Source: Nitrospirota bacterium (GTDB lineage: Bacteria > Nitrospirota > UBA9217). From it: a DNA stretch of 64,000 nt. Below are positions 37,620-48,850 of the stretch, in pieces. The translations under genes and the position numbers were made by a program. The notes under the pieces are model-generated. The model was not told where the DNA came from, did not search any database, and saw nothing but the letters and a program-made list of their open reading frames with translations. The stretch lies in the NCBI GenBank assembly GCA_963663225.1, contig OY760142.1:2240001-2304000 (forward strand), in the 5' to 3' direction. Numbering within the stretch: position 1 is the first letter of the stretch; each line of letters opens with the position of its first letter.

Positions 37620-39728
37620 ATGGCAAAAGGTATTTATGTAGCGAGCGCAGAACCATCGAGCTATAAATCTATTGTTGTTCTCGGGATGATGGAACTCCTC
37701 ATGCACCAGGCCCAGAAAGTGGGGTTTTTTAAACCGGTGCTGTCCGCGAATCCCGAAGAAGATTCCACCATTCATCTCATTTCCAGCCGTTATAAACTCT
37801 GGACTTCCCTGGAAAGCATGTATGGAGTCACGCATGAGACAGCCAGCACACTGATGGCCACAAATCAGCATGATCAGCTGCTTACGCGCATCATGGAAAA
37901 ATACCGGGCGCTGGAGACAAAGTACGACGTTGTTTTGTGCGAAGGCCCGTCTTTCGAAGGCGGATCGACCCCTCTTGAATTTGATTTTAATGTGGATGTG
38001 GCGAACAACCTCGGCTGCCTGCTGGTGCCTGTTATGCGCGGATACGGCCGGTCTCTGGTGGAGATGAGTGAGGCGCTTGCCGCAATTGTCGACGGCCTGG
38101 AAAGAAGGAAGTGCGACGTTCTTGCCATTATTGTCAACCGGGTCCCGGCCGATCTGGTGGTGGACGCTCCGGTCCGCTTGAAAAATATTGTTCCGAGAGA
38201 TATTCCGGTATACGCTCTTGCCGATAACGCGGTACTCTGGAATCCCACGGTTTGTGAAATCGCAAAGTCGCTCAATGCAACGTTTTTAAACGGCAAACAG
38301 GACTGCGCCATACGGGCGGTAGGCGACTACAAGGTTGCGGCCATGGAGCTTTCCAATTTTCTTGGCTATATTAAAGAGGGCACGCTGGTCATTACACCCG
38401 GTGACCGTCCCGACATTCTGCTCGGGAGTCTGCTCGCAGATGCATCCAGTACCTATCCGCGCATGGCCGGGATCATTCTCACCTGCGGAGTCATTCCTGC
38501 CCCGAAAGTGCAGCAACTGATAGAAGGTTTCAAGACGTCGCTTCCCATTCTTTCGGTAAACACCGACACGTTCAGCGTTGCGGTGAAAGTGCGGGATATG
38601 GAAGGGGCATTGGTCCCCGAGAACAAGCGCAAGATGGAGACCGCCCTCGGTATTTTCGAGTCGGGAGTCAAGGTCCAAGAACTTAGGGAGCGTCTTGCCG
38701 TGTCCAGTTCGCAGCGCGTGACTCCGCTCATGTTTGAATATGATATTATTCAGCGGGCGAAGTCCGTAAAACGGCACATCGTCCTGCCGGAAGGTTCGGA
38801 GCCCCGCATTCTGCAGGCCGCAGAACTCCTGCTGCTTCGTCAGGTCGTTGATCTCACGCTGCTCGGGAATGAGAAGAAAATCAAACAAAAAATCGCCGAG
38901 CTTGGTCTTAAGCTTGATCAGGTGAATATCATCGATCCGGCGACTTCAGAATTGCATCAAAAATACGCCGAAATCTACTATGAGCTCAGAAAACAGAAAG
39001 GGGCAACGAAGGCGTCCGCGTATGATGCCATGGCGGACCCGAGCTACTTCGGCACCATGATGGTGTACGAAGGGCAGGCGGACGGCATGGTTTCCGGGTC
39101 GGTGAACACAACCCAGCATACGATCCGGCCGTCTCTGGAGTTCGTTAAAACAAAGCCGGGGATTTCACTCGTCTCAAGCGTCTTTTTCATGTGTCTTGCG
39201 GACCGCGTGCTTGTGTTCGGCGACTGTGCGGTGAATCCCAATCCGGATGCCAAACAGCTTGCCGATATCGCTATCAGTTCCGCTGAGACCGCAGTCGCGT
39301 TCGGAATCGAACCGCGTATTGCGATGCTTTCGTATTCGAGCGGGGAATCCGGAAAGGGTGATGAGGTCAATAAAGTCAAGGAAGCGACATTAATAGCAAA
39401 GGAAGCCCGTCCTGACTTCAAAATTGAAGGGCCGCTCCAATTTGATGCGGCTATTGATCCGGAAGTTGCAAAGATCAAGCTTCCGAACAGTGAAATTGCC
39501 GGAAAGGCGACGGTATTCATTTTCCCCGACTTGAACACCGGAAATAACACATACAAAGCGGTGCAGCGTTCTGCCAATGCAGTCGCTGTCGGTCCGGTGC
39601 TGCAGGGTTTGAACAAACCGGTAAATGATCTCAGCAGAGGTTGCACGGTAGCAGATATACTCAATACCGTTGCTATTACAGCCATACAGGCTCAGACAAC
39701 CGGAGATACGCAAAGGAGCAGGTCGTAA
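37620..39728 (+). CDS. pta: Phosphate acetyltransferase (long form)
   Basis: N-terminal BioD-like and DRTGG domains (TPGDR), IVLPEG, DCAVNP, GPLQFDAA, NDLSRGC. RBS AGGAGG before ATG 37620. Confidence 0.95.
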   Translation: MAKGIYVASAEPSSYKSIVVLGMMELLMHQAQKVGFFKPVLSANPEEDSTIHLISSRYKLWTSLESMYGVTHETASTLMATNQHDQLLTRIMEKYRALETKYDVVLCEGPSFEGGSTPLEFDFNVDVANNLGCLLVPVMRGYGRSLVEMSEALAAIVDGLERRKCDVLAIIVNRVPADLVVDAPVRLKNIVPRDIPVYALADNAVLWNPTVCEIAKSLNATFLNGKQDCAIRAVGDYKVAAMELSNFLGYIKEGTLVITPGDRPDILLGSLLADASSTYPRMAGIILTCGVIPAPKVQQLIEGFKTSLPILSVNTDTFSVAVKVRDMEGALVPENKRKMETALGIFESGVKVQELRERLAVSSSQRVTPLMFEYDIIQRAKSVKRHIVLPEGSEPRILQAAELLLLRQVVDLTLLGNEKKIKQKIAELGLKLDQVNIIDPATSELHQKYAEIYYELRKQKGATKASAYDAMADPSYFGTMMVYEGQADGMVSGSVNTTQHTIRPSLEFVKTKPGISLVSSVFFMCLADRVLVFGDCAVNPNPDAKQLADIAISSAETAVAFGIEPRIAMLSYSSGESGKGDEVNKVKEATLIAKEARPDFKIEGPLQFDAAIDPEVAKIKLPNSEIAGKATVFIFPDLNTGNNTYKAVQRSANAVAVGPVLQGLNKPVNDLSRGCTVADILNTVAITAIQAQTTGDTQRSRS

Positions 39729-40942
39729 TGAAAGTACTTGTCTTGAATGCAGGCAGTTCTTCCATTAAATATCAGCTTTTTGACATGGAAGCAAAGGTTG
39801 TGCTCACCTCAGGCCTGGTGGAGCAGATCGGCGAGCCGACGGGCCGGCTTAAATATAAATGGCACGACAGCAACAATGAGCCGCAGGAAAACGTTGAAGA
39901 AAGCCATTTTGCGGACCACAGCGCTGGCCTGAAATTGATTTTTGATATTACCATGAAACTTGGCATTATTCACGATATCAACGATCTGTTCGGCATCGGA
40001 CACCGCGTGCTGCACGGGGGCGAGGCATTCTGGAAGCCGACTCTCATCAACAGCAAGGTTGTTGAAGTCATCCGCCAAATGATCCCTCTGGGGCCCCTGC
40101 ACAATCCTGCCAATCTGATGGGCATCGAATTTATGCTGGAGATGACTCCGGATATCCCGCAAGTTGCGATTTTTGACACCGCCTTCGGCCAGACCATGCC
40201 GCCTTATGCATACCATTATGCAATTCCGTACAGCTATTACAAGGAGTTGAAGGTGCGGCGCTATGGTTTTCACGGCACTTCTCACCAGTATGTTTCAAAG
40301 CAGGCCGCGTTGCTGCTGAAGAAACCGATCGGTTCCTGCAATCTCATCACGCTCCATCTCGGAAATGGTTCCAGCGCCTCCGCCATCAGAAACGGACAGT
40401 GCGTTGACACTTCTATGGGGTTGACGCCGCTGGAGGGTCTTGTCATGGGAACACGCTGCGGAGACCTCGATCCCGCGATTATCCCGTTTCTTGGGAAGTC
40501 ACTGGGGTTGTCCTACGAACTGCTGGATGCGGTCCTGAACAAACAGAGCGGCCTGAAAGGCATCTGCGGAACCAACGACATGCGCGAAGTCGAACGCCTT
40601 GCCCAGAGCGGCAATCACAATGCAAAGCTTGCGATCGATATGTTCTGTTATCGGATCAAAAAATATATCGGTTCGTATTCTGCAGCGCTCGGCAGGGTTG
40701 ATGGCCTCGTCTTCACCGGTGGCATCGGCGAAAATGCGGTCAATATCAGAAGACAGTGCTGTGCCGATCTCGAAAATATCGGAGTGGCAATTGATGGAAA
40801 TAAAAATGCCGCTCAGTCGCGACAGGAGCGGATCATTTCTCCGGATTCCTCGAAGGTCACGGTTATGGTTATTCCGACTAACGAAGAGCTAGAAATTGCA
40901 CAACAGACGGTAGAATGCATTAAGACGTCGAAAAGCAAATAA
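39728..40942 (+). CDS. ackA: Acetate kinase
   Basis: LNAGSSSIK, GHRVLHGG, PLHNP, YGFHGTSH, TNEE. Start overlaps the pta stop (TAATG). Confidence 0.96.
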   Translation: MKVLVLNAGSSSIKYQLFDMEAKVVLTSGLVEQIGEPTGRLKYKWHDSNNEPQENVEESHFADHSAGLKLIFDITMKLGIIHDINDLFGIGHRVLHGGEAFWKPTLINSKVVEVIRQMIPLGPLHNPANLMGIEFMLEMTPDIPQVAIFDTAFGQTMPPYAYHYAIPYSYYKELKVRRYGFHGTSHQYVSKQAALLLKKPIGSCNLITLHLGNGSSASAIRNGQCVDTSMGLTPLEGLVMGTRCGDLDPAIIPFLGKSLGLSYELLDAVLNKQSGLKGICGTNDMREVERLAQSGNHNAKLAIDMFCYRIKKYIGSYSAALGRVDGLVFTGGIGENAVNIRRQCCADLENIGVAIDGNKNAAQSRQERIISPDSSKVTVMVIPTNEELEIAQQTVECIKTSKSK

Positions 40943-40968
40943 GATCACAATATAAAAGCACAATACGG

Positions 40969-41015
40969 AGGCTGTTGAACTGCAAACCATCAGGTGGATG
41001 TTCGACAGCCTTTTT
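40969..41015 (+). terminator. Terminator after ackA
   Basis: AGGCTGTTGAAC...GTTCGACAGCCT followed by T-run. Confidence 0.6.
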
Positions 41016-41052
41016 GTTGTTACCGGTTTTCAAGATTCCGGCGTTTGTCTGC

Positions 41053-41093
41053 AAAATAAAAAGAGCCCGTCCGGACCAGGCCGGACAGGCTCT
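41053..41093 (-). terminator. Terminator after btsT/cstA
   Basis: Minus strand AGAGCCTGTCCGG-6 nt-CCGGACGGGCTCT then TTTTATTTT. Confidence 0.7.
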
Positions 41094-41121
41094 CAGGTAA
41101 CGGGAAACAGTCAACAGTAAA

Positions 41122-43004
41122 CTATCCCATCCATTTTTCCTCGGCAGTCTTTGCCTGCATGCTCTTCGTAGGATCAACCGGAATTAAACATGCCTCACCT
41201 TCAATCGGAGCAACGACCGATTCACCCCAAATATCCTGTACCCGTTCTTTGATCTGGAGCAGTTCATACCAGCGTCTCATGGTTGTTACAAAAACGATTA
41301 CCATCAATACCATAATGATGATGGACAGCGCGGCGAGCAAGTATTTCCCCGTGGGGATATAGTTTTTAAAGGTGAGCAGGTAACCCGCATACATGGTCAC
41401 AAAAGCCATGAAGATGCCGGGTATTGCGGTGATCCACGCGTATTTTGCCTTCCCCAGCCTGATGATCATGGTTGTCCCGATTATCAGCGCGCTTGATGCG
41501 AGCAACTGGTTGCTCATACCGAACAGAGGCCAGATTGTCGATATTTCACCGGTATAGACGAGATAACCCCATGTACCCGTGAAGAGTGCGCTCGTTATGA
41601 TAATGCCGGGCCACCATCTCCGTTCAAGAAATTTCGGGGCAACTTTGCCGATCATTTCCTGGAGCAGAACCTGCCGACTCTCGTGCCGGTATCAACGGCA
41701 GTCAGGATGAACACGGCCTCAAACATGATGGCGAAATGGTACCAGTAGGCCATGAGATGTTTCATGAAAGGAATCGAAGAGAAAATATATGCCATACCGA
41801 CGGCCAGAGAGACGGCGCCGCCTGGTCTTCCCTGGATTTTCTCTCCTACTTCGGTTGCAAGTTCCGGGAGATTGACAACAGCCACGCCGAGCTTTTCAAA
41901 CGCTGCGGGAGCAGAATTGATCGCAAAATAATCTGCAGGAACAAGCACGCAAGCCGCTATCAGCGCCATGATGGCAACGACTCCCTCGGTGAGCATCGCT
42001 CCGTAGCCGATGAAGAGAACGTCTCGTTCGTTCCCGATCATTTTGGGTGTCGTTCCCGATCCGATAATGGCATGGAATCCGGACAATGCGCCGCAGGCGA
42101 TTGTAATGAAGACAAACGGGAAAACAGGCCCCGAAAGGACCGGACCGCCGCCGTTTATAAACTGGGTCAATGCGGGCATCTGAAAATCAGGATGCACGAC
42201 AAATATACCCATGATAAGCGCAGCGACTGTTCCTATCTTCAAATACGTTGAAAGATAGTCTCTTGGACAGAGGAGCATCCAGACTGGGAGCACCGAAGCG
42301 ATAAATCCATAGGCCGGGATGATGAGTGAAATCTGTTTCTTTGAAAGAGTAAATATTGATGACAGGGTGGGGTCTGCCGCAACATACGGACCGGCAAGAA
42401 TCGCGAGGAAAAGAAGTATAACACCCATGGTGCTTCCACCCTTGATGTCGCCGGGCCGTATTTTATACATCCAGAGTCCCATCATGAGCGCAATCGGCAT
42501 GGTGGCAAACACGGTAAAGGTTCCCCAGGCGCTTTCGAACATTGCGTTCACGACCGCGAGAGAAAGTCCGGCAAGGGTCAGAAGCAGGATAAAGAGGAAG
42601 GCGACCGAAGCGGCAGCACCGCAGGCTTTACCTACTTCGCTTTCCGCAATTTTCGAGAGGCTTCTGCCTTTGTGCCTGACAGAGGCAAAAAGCACCACCA
42701 TATCATGGACCGACCCTGCCAGCACGCATCCGATAAGGATCCAGAGGGCGCCCGGCAGATAGCCGAATTGTGCTGCAAGCACCGGGCCGAGAAGCGGCCC
42801 GGCCGCGGCGATGGCTGCAAAATGATGGCCGAACAGAACGAACTTATTGGTTTTCACATAATCAACTCCGTCCGCACATGATATGGATGGTGTTGGACGG
42901 TCCTGCCTCAGTCCCAGGACTTTGTTCGCGATGAACAAGCCGTAGAATCTGTAGGCGATGGCAAAAAGGCACAGCGCAACAAAAACTAACGTCAATGCAT
43001 TCAT
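41122..43004 (-). pseudogene. cstA: CstA-family pyruvate/peptide transporter (BtsT/YjiY type), split by a 1-nt frameshift near 41667
   Basis: FGHHFAAIAAAGPLLGP, TIACGALSGFH, WPLFGMSNQLLA. Adding one C (TTC CTG) joins both ORFs as TRVGRFLLQEMIG. Real lesion or sequencing error. Confidence 0.85.
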
Positions 43005-43121
43005 AAAAAATCCTCCCTTCGTAGATTTGGAATTTAAAAATTAAGTTTGTTTGCAGCCTATAACGTATAAGAAAAACAGGATAAAAAAATAAAAAATGAC
43101 AAACGATGTTTTGGAACGTAT

Positions 43122-43150
43122 ATTGCGGTAAGCTTTGAGCCGTGAGTGGT
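43122..43150 (-). promoter_or_regulatory. Putative BtsR (YehT)-type LytTR binding site
   Basis: Minus strand ACCACTCA-N13-ACCGCAAT, about 120 nt upstream of the cstA/btsT start. Confidence 0.6.
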
Positions 43151-43367
43151 TGGTGTATCGGGGTTCAGTTTCCGGCGCTGTTGGATGCACCAGTTTCTTC
43201 ATGAAAACAGTTTATATTAAATCAAGACAAAAAGCAATAAAAAATACAGAATGTGTTTTTAGGATGCAGAAAGAAAAGCGTGTGACGTCTGTGATGCCGG
43301 ATTGACAAACGTGGCAGTTGTAGGCGCGGCAGTCGTTTCACTGCGGCAAGCCGATATACTGTGTCTA

Positions 43368-44129
43368 TCAGATTTCGAAGTATTGTTTAAGGTCTTTTAC
43401 GTTATATCTGCTGACAAGTGCTTCTGTCCTTTCCTTGTCGTCCATGGTCAGCTTATAACTGCCGTTGAACCAGGGTGTCACTTCCAGGACATGGTTGATG
43501 TTCACCAGAAAACTCCGGTGGGTCCTGACAAAACCGTAGGGAAGGAGTTTTTGCTCCAGTTCATGCATGGGGGACTTCATCTTGTATTTTTTTTCACTGG
43601 TGTAGGCGAATGGCTCCCCGTTTTGGCACCGGATAAACAGGATTTTGTCAGGTGAGGTGGGAATGATTTTTTCACCTTTGAAAAGCAGTATCCGTTTTGT
43701 CGACTCGGACGCCGGTTCGCTTTTGTGCCCCTGGTTTCTGAGCAGGTCGATGGCCTTCAAAGGAACCTGCGCCAAAAACTTTTTTGCTTTTGCGATGGAT
43801 TTGCCGACGCGTTCGGCGGAGAACGGTTTCAGAATATAATCAAATGCCTCCACCTCAAACGCTTCGACAGCATACTCCTGGAATGCCGTGGCGAAGATGA
43901 GAAGAGGCTTGTGGGGTGATTCAGACAGGATGCGGGATACTTCCAGACCGTCAAGTCCCGGCATTTGAATATCCAAAAAAACCACGTCCGGTCTGGTTTC
44001 GCGAACGCCCTTCAGACCCGCCGCGCCGGCAGATGCTTCCCCGACCACTGCCACATCGTCGATTTGACCGAGCAGATATTTTAGTTCCCGTCTTGCAGGA
44101 GATTCATCATCAATGATAAAGACATTCAT
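43368..44129 (-). CDS. LytTR family response regulator (BtsR/LytT type)
   Basis: REC (IDDE, FLDIQMP, DYILKP) plus LytTR (FVRTHRSFLVN, PWFNG, VSR). Confidence 0.93.
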   Translation of the reverse strand: MNVFIIDDESPARRELKYLLGQIDDVAVVGEASAGAAGLKGVRETRPDVVFLDIQMPGLDGLEVSRILSESPHKPLLIFATAFQEYAVEAFEVEAFDYILKPFSAERVGKSIAKAKKFLAQVPLKAIDLLRNQGHKSEPASESTKRILLFKGEKIIPTSPDKILFIRCQNGEPFAYTSEKKYKMKSPMHELEQKLLPYGFVRTHRSFLVNINHVLEVTPWFNGSYKLTMDDKERTEALVSRYNVKDLKQYFEI

Positions 44130-44138
44130 GACCGCTCC

Positions 44139-45830
44139 TTAAACTGGAATGGTGAACGATACGGTTGTTCCTTTCATCGGCTTGCTTTGAATGGTGAGCA
44201 TGTGTTCTGTTCCGTAGAGCGCCGCCAGCCGCATTGTTACGTTTTTGAGCGCAATGCCGGCGCCGTTTCTCTTCGAACTTGCAGGTTTTTCAGAAAAAAG
44301 GGTGCTGAGCAATTCCTGTGACATGCCCACGCCGTTGTCGCGGACATAGATTCGTACAGATCGGTTTTCGCGGTATGCTCCGATAATGATTTCTCCGGCG
44401 TCTTCTTTTTGAAGAATACCGTGTTTCAGCGCGTTCTCGACCAGCGGCTGCAGCGTGAGGGGAGGGAGTTTGCAATCCAGTACGTCAGGGGCGATATCAT
44501 ACTTGACCTTGATCCTGTCCTCGAAGCGGGCCTTCTCGATTCCGATATAGGCCTCGCAATGTTCGATTTCCCGGGCGAGCGGCACATTCTCCGTTCCGGG
44601 GTTGATATTGCTCCTGAAAAAGTTGGCGAGCTTTACGAGCAGATCCGTTGCCGTTTGCGGGCTTGTCCGCGTATAGCTGATGATCGTGTTGATCGCATTA
44701 AACAGGAAATGTGGATTGATTTGTGCCTGCAGGGCCCTGATTTCCGCATCGTTCAACAGTTTGCGCTGGTTGTCGATTTCGGCCAGTTCAAGCTGGTTTG
44801 AAAAAAGATGGGCGAGGCCGTTTGCCAGCTCTATATCGAGGGAACTGATGCCGTTTTCCTTGACGCGATAAAGCTTCAGTGCGCCGACGGTTTTTCCGCT
44901 TCGTCTCAGCGGGACGATGATCGATGAACTGAGTTTGCAATCGCTGTTCCGGCATCCTATTTCTTCCTTGCGGGAAGAAATGCGTATTTTATCTTCTAAA
45001 ATTGCATATTTTGCTGAGGCGGTCAACAACGGTTCATGTGGTTTGTGATGGTCTTCGCCGATGCCTTTGTGCGTAAGAATTGTCGATTCATCGGTGATCG
45101 AAACCGCGTCGAGGTCCGACATCTCCAGAATAATCCGTGCCGTCTCTGAAGCCGATGATTGGTTCAGCCCTCCTCGCAGAAACGGCAGCGTCTTGAGGGC
45201 GATCTTGAGTGCAGTCTGTGCCTGGAAGGCGGCAACCCGCTCCTGTTCGCGGGAAACGGTGGAGATCAGTTCAATAAACAAAGCCAGACCGATGGAATTT
45301 ACGATTATCATGGGGAACCCCATGACATGCACGAGGTTTACCGCGGCCTCGAACGGACGTGAGAAGAGAAGAATAATGATCATTTCTACGGCTTCTACGA
45401 CACAGCCCGTGAGCAGGGCCGCCAAAGGATCAAAGGATTTTTTTTTGAGTTTTTGATACAGAACGCCGCCGATAAGGCCCACCACAACCGTTGCAATGCC
45501 GCAGGAGAACGCGGTGAAGCCGCCGATATCAGTCAGATACCGATGGCCTCCGGCAATAACCCCTGCCGCAAAACCCACAAGAGGCCCCCCCAGGATTCCT
45601 CCCAGTGCGACACCGACAATCCTGGAGTTCGCAATGGCATTTTGTACCGGCACCCCCAGATAGGTTCCCGCTATCCCGAATAAACCAAAAATGACGGAGA
45701 GAAACAGTTTTTCATAGCGGGAAGCTTTTCCCGTCAGGAGCTTTTTTACCACGTCAAAGCGCATGAGTAAAATGAACACGATGGCAAATATCCCAAGCCG
45801 CTCCATGAGTTGAATCAAAAGCTGGATCAT
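44139..45830 (-). CDS. LytS/YehU (BtsS-type) sensor histidine kinase
   Basis: 5TMR-LYT input (AIANSR...GG..GGP...GGHRY), GAF, LQAQINPHFLFNA, LQPLVENALKHG. Confidence 0.93.
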   Translation of the reverse strand: MIQLLIQLMERLGIFAIVFILLMRFDVVKKLLTGKASRYEKLFLSVIFGLFGIAGTYLGVPVQNAIANSRIVGVALGGILGGPLVGFAAGVIAGGHRYLTDIGGFTAFSCGIATVVVGLIGGVLYQKLKKKSFDPLAALLTGCVVEAVEMIIILLFSRPFEAAVNLVHVMGFPMIIVNSIGLALFIELISTVSREQERVAAFQAQTALKIALKTLPFLRGGLNQSSASETARIILEMSDLDAVSITDESTILTHKGIGEDHHKPHEPLLTASAKYAILEDKIRISSRKEEIGCRNSDCKLSSSIIVPLRRSGKTVGALKLYRVKENGISSLDIELANGLAHLFSNQLELAEIDNQRKLLNDAEIRALQAQINPHFLFNAINTIISYTRTSPQTATDLLVKLANFFRSNINPGTENVPLAREIEHCEAYIGIEKARFEDRIKVKYDIAPDVLDCKLPPLTLQPLVENALKHGILQKEDAGEIIIGAYRENRSVRIYVRDNGVGMSQELLSTLFSEKPASSKRNGAGIALKNVTMRLAALYGTEHMLTIQSKPMKGTTVSFTIPV

Positions 45831-46126
45831 GTTTAACTGGTTTTCTCCCGGGTTTTCTGCTCCACGAAAATTGTGTTAAAACGAAATTTTATTGACCGTA
45901 TCATACCATGTTTTGCTGTCGAAAAAAACAGAGAAAATGCATTGAGAAGTCCATATTTATTATCAAGGCCCCATAGTTATGTCGGTTTGCGGCGCAGTTT
46001 GCTCTCACAGCAGCTTTTTTATAGAGTATGGATAAAAAAATGGAAAATAGTTGCAACGATGATTGGGATATTGTATATTCCAAAAAGATGATTGCTGAAA
46101 ATCACCAGAGCAAGAGGAGCGGAAAA

Positions 46127-47239
46127 ATGATGCGGGTTGGTTTTATCGGATGGCGAGGAATGGTCGGTTCTGTGCTTATGAGCCGTATGCTCGCAGAAAA
46201 AGACTTTGAGCTTATTGAACCGGTTTTTTTTACAACGTCAAATGTCGGAGGGAAGGGGCCGAATGTTGGGAAGGATATTCCGGCACTTCACGACGCAAAG
46301 AATATTGAAGCGCTTGCGGCAATGGACGCCCTCGTGTCCTGCCAGGGCGGTGATTATACTACAGACATATTTCCAAAACTGCGTGCGGCAGGATGGAAGG
46401 GGTTTTGGATCGACGCCGCGTCCGCGCTGCGTATGGAAAAAGATGCAATTATCATTCTTGATCCTGTCAATCTTGCGGTGATTCAAAACGGTTTGGCAAA
46501 AGGCATCCGAAACTATATCGGTGGAAACTGCACGGTGTCGCTCATGCTTATGGCGCTGGGAGGGCTGTACCAGCAGGGAGTGGTGGAATGGATGAGTGCT
46601 ATGACGTACCAGGCAGCATCCGGTGCGGGTGCCAACAATATGCGCGAACTGCTTGAACAGATGGGCACGGTTTACGGGGCGGCAAAAAACCTGTTGCATG
46701 ATCCGGCTTCAGCGATCCTTGATATCGACCGGCATGTTACCGATGCTCTTCGGGACGGGAATTTTCCCAAAAAATATTTCGGAGTTCCGCTTGCAGGATC
46801 GCTCATCCCCTGGATTGATAAACAATTAGAAAACGGACAGAGCAGGGAAGAATGGAAAGGGCAGGCGGAAACGAACAAGATTCTCGGACGGGAGGATAAT
46901 CCGGTTCCTGTTGACGGTCTCTGTGTGCGCATCGGTGCCATGCGTTGCCACAGCCAGGCGCTTACCATAAAGCTCAAGAAGGACATTCCTCTGGATGAGA
47001 TTTCGGACATGATTATAAAGAGCAACCAGTGGGTGGCGGTGGTTCCGAATCAGCGCGAGGCGACCATTCGTGAACTCACTCCTGCCGTCGTGTCCGGCAC
47101 CCTTGCCGTGCCTGTCGGTCGTTTGCGAAAAATGAACATGGGGCCACAATACCTGTCTGCTTTTACCTGCGGAGACCAACTTCTCTGGGGTGCGGCGGAG
47201 CCATTGCGCCGCATGCTCCGTATTCTTGTGGAAAAATAG
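46127..47239 (+). CDS. asd: Aspartate-semialdehyde dehydrogenase (E. coli-type)
   Basis: [50 protein letters not shown] before ATG 46127. Confidence 0.95.
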   Translation: MMRVGFIGWRGMVGSVLMSRMLAEKDFELIEPVFFTTSNVGGKGPNVGKDIPALHDAKNIEALAAMDALVSCQGGDYTTDIFPKLRAAGWKGFWIDAASALRMEKDAIIILDPVNLAVIQNGLAKGIRNYIGGNCTVSLMLMALGGLYQQGVVEWMSAMTYQAASGAGANNMRELLEQMGTVYGAAKNLLHDPASAILDIDRHVTDALRDGNFPKKYFGVPLAGSLIPWIDKQLENGQSREEWKGQAETNKILGREDNPVPVDGLCVRIGAMRCHSQALTIKLKKDIPLDEISDMIIKSNQWVAVVPNQREATIRELTPAVVSGTLAVPVGRLRKMNMGPQYLSAFTCGDQLLWGAAEPLRRMLRILVEK

Positions 47240-47337
47240 AAATAATGTAAGAGTAAGTTGCGGCAAACTTGGGCGCAGGTACCAAAGAGATGGGTTTTCT
47301 GCGCCAATATGCTGCTTTATTTTGAGGGGCTGGAATT

Positions 47338-48351
47338 ATGCTGAAAAAGAAACATCAGTATGTCGTTGCCATTGTGGGCGCCACCGGCGAAGTTGGCAGG
47401 GAGATAACAGAAGTCCTTGAAGAAAGCACTTTTCCTGTAAGTGAGCTGGTGTTCCTTGCCTCGGAGCGATCGGAAGGGGAAAAAATTGAATTCCGCGGAG
47501 AAGGACGGTCGGTCAAAAGATTGACCAAGACTTCTTTTGCCGGTGTGGACATCGTTTTTTTCGCGGCAGGTGATTTATGCAGCGTCGAGTTTGCTCCCGT
47601 TGCCGTGCAGTCAGGCGCTGTGGTGATTGATTGCTCGAACGCATTTCGTTTGGAACCGACTGTGCCGCTTATCGTGCCGGAAGTAAACGCCCATGCCGTG
47701 GCCGCTCATGCCGGAATTATTGCCAGTCCGAGCTGCTCTGCTGTCGGTCTGGCAACAGTAATAAAGCCGATCCATCAAGTATCAAAAATAAAGAGAATAG
47801 TCATGACTACGCTTCAATCTGTGTCAGGAGCAGGGAGAAAAGCAGTCGATGAACTTGCCGGCCAGACCGTGGCACTCCTGAATTTCCGTGAAATTAAAAA
47901 AAACGCCTATCCGCATCAGATAGCATTTAACTGCATTCCACAGGTTGGCGCTGAACTGGAAAGCGGTTATACCTCGGAAGAGAGAGACGTTATGAATGAA
48001 ACCGCGAAGATCATGGAGGATGATTCCCTGCAGGTGACGGCGACGGCGGTGCGGGTGCCGGTTTTTCGCGGACTTTCCGGATCGGTAAATATCGAATTAG
48101 AAAGCAAAACGACGGCAAATGAGATACGTTCAATTTTGTCTGCTGCGGCTGGTGTTGTCGTATATGATGATTTGAAAAGAAATATCTATCCCATGCCGAT
48201 TGATGTTATAGGGAAAAAAGAGGTTTATATAGGCAGGATCAGGGAAGATGAAACAATTCCAAACGGAATGAACCTGTGGTTTTCGTTGGACGACGTTCGC
48301 AGAGGTGCAGCATTAAATATGGTGCACATAGCGGAGCTTCTCATCCAATAG
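47338..48351 (+). CDS. Asd paralog (USG-1-like)
   Basis: GATGEVG, VPLIVPEVN, QSVSGAG, IAFNCIP. Catalytic motifs are degenerate (SPSC, RGLS). Confidence 0.82.
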   Translation: MLKKKHQYVVAIVGATGEVGREITEVLEESTFPVSELVFLASERSEGEKIEFRGEGRSVKRLTKTSFAGVDIVFFAAGDLCSVEFAPVAVQSGAVVIDCSNAFRLEPTVPLIVPEVNAHAVAAHAGIIASPSCSAVGLATVIKPIHQVSKIKRIVMTTLQSVSGAGRKAVDELAGQTVALLNFREIKKNAYPHQIAFNCIPQVGAELESGYTSEERDVMNETAKIMEDDSLQVTATAVRVPVFRGLSGSVNIELESKTTANEIRSILSAAAGVVVYDDLKRNIYPMPIDVIGKKEVYIGRIREDETIPNGMNLWFSLDDVRRGAALNMVHIAELLIQ

Positions 48352-48428
48352 CTCGGTATTCGGATAGTTTTGACCTTACGGTCAGCAAAAAAACCTAATT
48401 TTCCAACCAAATAACGGCGGAATGAAAA

Positions 48429-48668
48429 TTAGGCCTTTTTTTTGCTGCTTTTTACAAAGAGTCCGTTCGGCTCAATTTTGTAAATCTTGCATAATGTCAG
48501 GAGCTTCATCAGGCTTGGATTTGTCTCTTTGCCAGACTCCAGGCGGGAGATATAGCCTTGGGTAATCCTGCCCCGGTTGTCTGTTGCGTGCTCGGACAAA
48601 CGCGCCACTTCGCTCATGGACAATTTATGCTTGATTCTTAGCTTTTTGAGTTTTTCGGCGAGTATCAT
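48429..48668 (-). CDS. XRE family HTH regulator
   Basis: LKKLR...LS..EVA...ITQGYISRLESG..NPS. Start set at ATG 48668. Confidence 0.85.
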   Translation of the reverse strand: MILAEKLKKLRIKHKLSMSEVARLSEHATDNRGRITQGYISRLESGKETNPSLMKLLTLCKIYKIEPNGLFVKSSKKKA

Positions 48669-48850
48669 ATTGATTCGATTTATACCGCTCTTTTGGTATC
48701 TTGTCAACAAAAAGATGCAGATTGTTTATTTTTTCTTTTTTTACACATTAAGGTGCAAGTTATGCTATATTATTACATTAAGCATAATTGTTCGTGATTG
48801 TGCTTAAAGATTCCGGACCGGGTAACTTATATTGGGGGGGAGGAAAGTAT

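Noticed and set aside
39048-39057. TTCGGCACCA matching the tRNA-Leu 3' end (attR?)
   Set aside because: Short match inside the intact pta coding sequence. Coincidental.
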